A stretch of DNA of 64,000 nt from Octopus vulgaris (taxonomy: Eukaryota). The stretch spans positions 15,624,001-15,688,000 of the forward strand of contig OX597841.1 in NCBI GenBank assembly GCA_951406725.2, in the 5' to 3' direction. The notes under the pieces are model-generated. The model saw nothing but the letters and a program-made list of their open reading frames with translations. It did not search any database and was not told where the DNA came from. A program made the translations under genes and the position numbers. Within the stretch, counting starts at the first letter, position 1; each line of letters opens with the position of its first letter. Positions 59,571 to 64,000 of this stretch are shown here, piece by piece.

Positions 59571-60763
59571 TAGATAGTTATAGACAGAGGGAGAGAGAGA
59601 GAGTGAGAAAAGGAGAGAGAGCGACAGGTGTTCGTGAAAGTGGTAAGAGGTTTTGTTTACCTGACGGCTATCCATATGGTTTTTAAAGTCTGGGTCAAGG
59701 TTGATGATGGTGGCGGCGGCAGTAGTGGTGGTGGTCGTGGCTGAGATGGTGGTAGTAATATCAGCAATGACTCTACGTACCTAAACTCTGATCAAAAATA
59801 ATTTGGACATGTTTCACTCTTATTAGTCACTCAACAGCGAAGCATGACCGGTTCTAGATGTCTAATAAGGGAAGTATCATTTTCTTGTTTTACTTGTTTG
59901 ACACATTGGACTGCGACCATGCTGGAGCACCGTCTTGAAGGATTTTACTCGAACAAATCGACCCCAGAATTTATCTCGACTTCACCTGCGCAATCTGCCT
60001 CTAAGTGGTTCTTTGCTAAGCTAGAAATTGCAGTCAATACTCCCTCACAACACATCATACTGTGTTATGTATAGGTAAAGGCGCGGCTGTGTGGTAAGGA
60101 GCTTGCTACACAACCACATGGTTCTGGGTTCAATATTGTATCGGTTACTTTTTCCGAACCGCTAAGTAATGGGACACCGAGGTTATGATAGAAGACTCAT
60201 ACCCAAGGTGACACGCAGTGGGACTGAACCCGGAGCCATGTGTTTGGGAAGCAAACTTCTTACTACACAGCCACGCATGCGCCTCAGATACCTACCTTGG
60301 GTCCAATTAGAAGCAATCGCCATTAAACTCCTGCTCTCTTGTTCTTCGTCCACCTCAAGATCTCCCGTCAGTTGGCCTAGCTGGAGCAATCCATCTTGTG
60401 ATATTTTCCTGTAGTATTCTTATCCCATGTTTACAGTACCGAAGCTGTGGCCATCCAATGTGAAAAAAGTTGTTGCTGGACCTGGAGTGACTCCCTGTTC
60501 TCCGAGGTACACACCAGACACGTGCCGTCAATGATTACCGAGTGTAGGCAGTTGGTGATGTTTATGTAGTAAAACACACAAAAAATAAACCAGACACATC
60601 CATGTGACTGAGTTGAAGGCAGATTTCCTTCTGCCTTTGTAGCATGTAAAGAAAACAGTGTTGTAGGAGTGTACGCAGCATGTGTGCTACAGCAGTTCTA
60701 TGCGTAGCTTAAATACTGACATTGAAAGGCAGGAGTGAATTATGCTTACCTGATCTACAAAAA

Positions 60764-61050
60764 GTGGAGGCACATGGCCTAGTGGTTAGAGCAACGGACT
60801 CGCGATCGAGGGATCGCGGGTTCGAATCTCAGACCGGGCGATGTGTGTGTTTATGAGCGAAACACCTAAGCTCCACGCAGCTCCGACAGCAGTTAATGGC
60901 GAACTTCTGCTGACTCTTTCGCCACAAGGTTCTTCCACTCTTTCCTCCTGCATCTTGCAGCTCACCTGCGACAAATCGGCGGCCCGTCCAGGTGGGGAAC
61001 CTATACGCCAAGGAAACCAGGAAACCGGCCCTTATATTACGAGAAGGAAC
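60764..61050 (+). mobile_element. tRNA-headed SINE, S3-related subfamily
   Basis: A box TGGCCTAGTGG; B box GGTTCGAATCTC. Confidence 0.8.
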
Positions 61051-61333
61051 AAACAACAATCTACAAAAAAATAAAATATTTTGCATTTTATGCATAGCAA
61101 TCAGAGTAACCTTCATAATTTTATTGAATTGGGGGTATATTTTGGCATAAAAGGAAAATGTTGCTATCAATCTATTTTACTTATGATAGGCAGTGCCTAC
61201 TTTGCATTCCTAGGCGGCACGTCCCTGAAACACACCCTGTCAAGTGTCGAATATTGTTACTCTAGAAATCCTTTCGACGAACGCCATTTTCTAAACAGCA
61301 CTTATTTTAGTGCTGTTAATACCGTCGGATTGA

Positions 61334-61390
61334 ATAGTATTGCCCAGGTGTCGAAACTATGATGATATCAGTGTGGCAGCTGATGAGGTA
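61334..61390 (+). ncRNA. Non-circularly permuted hammerhead motif
   Basis: AUAGU-A-UUGCC-cagg-UGUC-GAA-ACUAU-14nt-GGCAG-CUGAUGA-GGUA; stems III, I and II are 5, 5 and 4 bp (some G.U). Confidence 0.6.
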
Positions 61391-61454
61391 GGGATGTTGG
61401 ATTGTTGGCATGGCTGTCTTTGTATATGTGGAATAGTATTATAACATCCTTTTG

Positions 61455-61512
<58 letters not shown>

Positions 61513-61694
61513 ATATATATATTGACAAGTCATACAATACGAATATGCATATAATAAATATACATTTATATATTTTATCATTTTCTCATTTTATTAAAAT
61601 TTTCTTTCATTTGAGCATTCTGCATTTTTTAAAAAAATTTTTCCTTACTTATCATTTCTCCACGTGCGGTCAACACAACCCCACCATTTATTGA

Positions 61695-61732
<38 letters not shown>

Positions 61733-61795
61733 ATATATACATATATATGCACATATATTTGCATATACATATTATATATATGCATATATATATAT

Positions 61796-62164
61796 TATAT
61801 AAAATTCCGTTCTGTCTGTCTTTGTCTGTGTCTTCTAGGATCTCGGGTATCCTCCATCCGATTGCGCTCAAATTTGATATGTAGATACCGACGGTATCAG
61901 GGTGTGTATATTACAAAAAATCGATTCCAGGTGAGAATGCGAGCGATAAAGCCGTGGGAACGTGCATTTGTAAAATCGCTTTTCTTGGAATAGAAAAAAG
62001 TCGTATCTTTATTTCTTCTTTTGCTGGTGTCTCAAATTTAGGCTAAATCAGTGTTTCTCAAAGGAGAGGCCGATGGGACGGTCGGAAAAGTTGTTTTGAG
62101 AAAATTTGGTTTAACTGTTTGACAACTCAACACCGTCCATTGGACGGGTGGGGCGTTTTGCTCG

Positions 62165-62165
<1 letters not shown>
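61796..62165 (+). mobile_element. Probable non-autonomous Helitron
   Basis: 5' ATATAAAA..(TCTG)n..CCGATTGCGCTCAAATTTG; 3' hairpin CCGTCCA-T-TGGACGG (62133-62147) then CTCG (CTRR-like). Confidence 0.55.
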
Positions 62166-62210
<45 letters not shown>

Positions 62211-62526
62211 CTGGAAATGACCAGCACCAGTGCTAGAAATAGGTGTCACATACCTACAATCCACTCTACAAATTGTTCTCTATATTCATTATATATATAT
62301 ATGTACATATATATATATGCATGTATATATATGTATTTACATATACATGTGTGAATGTGTGTGTAGAGGGAATATATATATATGCAAATACACCCAGACA
62401 CACAGACACACAGACACATATATATGAATATGGACAGAGAGAAAGTGAGAGAGATACGCATACATGCACCTATTCATCGATTCATACATAGAGATATATA
62501 CACACCCACAACACACATACATATCA

Positions 62527-62592
<66 letters not shown>

Positions 62593-63000
62593 GCACGCAC
62601 GCACACGCACGCACATACCCCACACCAAGCTAATCCGCTTTCGATTCTTGCCAAAACAGGTGTTCTGCCGTAAGCTACTTTAAGCTCGGCTAAGTCGAAC
62701 TATTTTTCTCAATGACTTTTGTGAGGATGTCTTAATAGTATTAAATACGTCGTCTTCTGCTAGCTCATTCATTCATTCATACATTCTTTCATTCTTTCGT
62801 TCATTCATTCTTTTATAAATTCATCGTTTTAGTTAAACCTCTAACACGGTCGGTCATTCAGTAAAAACGTCTCGTTCACTTATTTTTTCTTTCTTTTTAA
62901 TTTTGCCCGTCGTTCAGTTTGGATAACGAATAACCTCGCATACTTTTATCTATTTCCGACAGGCAAAAAAGCGTATTCATAAAACTATACAAACTATACA

Positions 63001-63183
63001 GGCGCAGGAGTGGCTGTGTGGTAAGTAGCTTGCTAACCAACCACATTGTTCCGGGTTCAGTCCCCCTGCGTGGCATCTTGAGCAAGTGTCTTCTGCTATA
63101 GCCTCGGGCCAACCAATGCCTTGTGAGTGGATTTGGTAGACGGAAACTGAAAGAAGCCTGTCGTATATATGTATATATATATG

Positions 63184-63218
<35 letters not shown>

Positions 63219-63438
63219 GTATGTTTGTGTGTCTGTGTTTGTCCCCCTAGCATTGCTTGACAACCGATGCTGGTGTGTTTATGTCCCCGTTACTTAGCGG
63301 TTCGGCAAACGAGACCGATAGAATAAGTACTGGGCTTACAAAAGAATAAGTCCCGGGGTCGAGTTTCTCGATTAAAGGCGGTGCTTCAGCATGGCCGCAG
63401 TCAAATGACTGAAACAAGTAAAAGAATAAAAGAATAAA
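63001..63438 (+). mobile_element. SINE S1, full length
   Basis: Head, body and tail. Confidence 0.92.
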
Positions 63439-64000
63439 GACTGACATATCCTGAACTATTGAATTTAATTTAATTTTACTTGTGCGGCGCTGTTAGGCAT
63501 CAGTCGATAGCTTTAACGTTATCTGCATATATATCTCAGACCATCGATTCGAACTAAATTTTCAATTAGGAGCACCTCTGATAATTTTTTTGATGTCACG
63601 TATTTGAGGCCAACGATTTAAATTCATTTCGCGGTAACTCAGGTATAGAGTGCTGAAGAGCTGAAATAACAGCAAAACATTGAACTCCATCATTGTGTGT
63701 GTGTATGTGTCACTAACGAGTTGATTCGTTTCGCCTGGTTTTGGCACATTTAGGGTTTTTTTCAACACTCGACGTCTTAAAGCAGGGGTTCTCAACCATC
63801 TTTTTTTTTTTTTTTAGGAAAATTACTATTTTTAAATCTCACAACGAGAGATATTCAGCAACAGTACTTTGGAGTAAAGATTGTTTGCCAACATAACATG
63901 GCAGTCCTGGTTTAGGACGAATGTTGCTGTAATTTAGCCCAGGGAGACATCGTCTCCAGCTGGCTATATGACGCAATCTGTGTCCTTATATTTTTCAATA

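Noticed and set aside
63648-63687. CTGAAGA-GCTG..CAGC-AAAA decayed hammerhead (similar weak cases at 10112-10150 and 15326-15370)
   Set aside because: GAAA is mutated and/or stems I and III are broken; too degenerate to call

Overview
Eukaryotic, gene-poor, extremely repeat-rich DNA. The SINE families and microsatellite density resemble a coleoid cephalopod such as Octopus (inference, not searched). No intact host gene is supportable, and almost all listed ORFs are translations of microsatellites. The window contains four tRNA-headed SINE families (local labels S1-S4, many copies). It also holds decayed LINE ends (Dong/R4-type restriction-like endonuclease in (TAA)n and (ATAC)n, RTE, CR1/L2-like), two Penelope-like element (PLE) ORF relics, a Tc1 fragment and a probable non-autonomous Helitron. 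The main finding is a set of short (~100-450 bp) inserts in or beside (TA)n tracts that carry hammerhead-ribozyme (HHR) cores. About seven are conventional type I HHRs, most with the palindromic stem III known from PLEs. Four or five others have all three stems but with the strands in reversed, non-circularly permuted order: UH strand, then GAAA strand, then CUGAUGA strand. Their stem sequences differ from copy to copy yet stay complementary. All structures were paired by eye and none was tested for cleavage.
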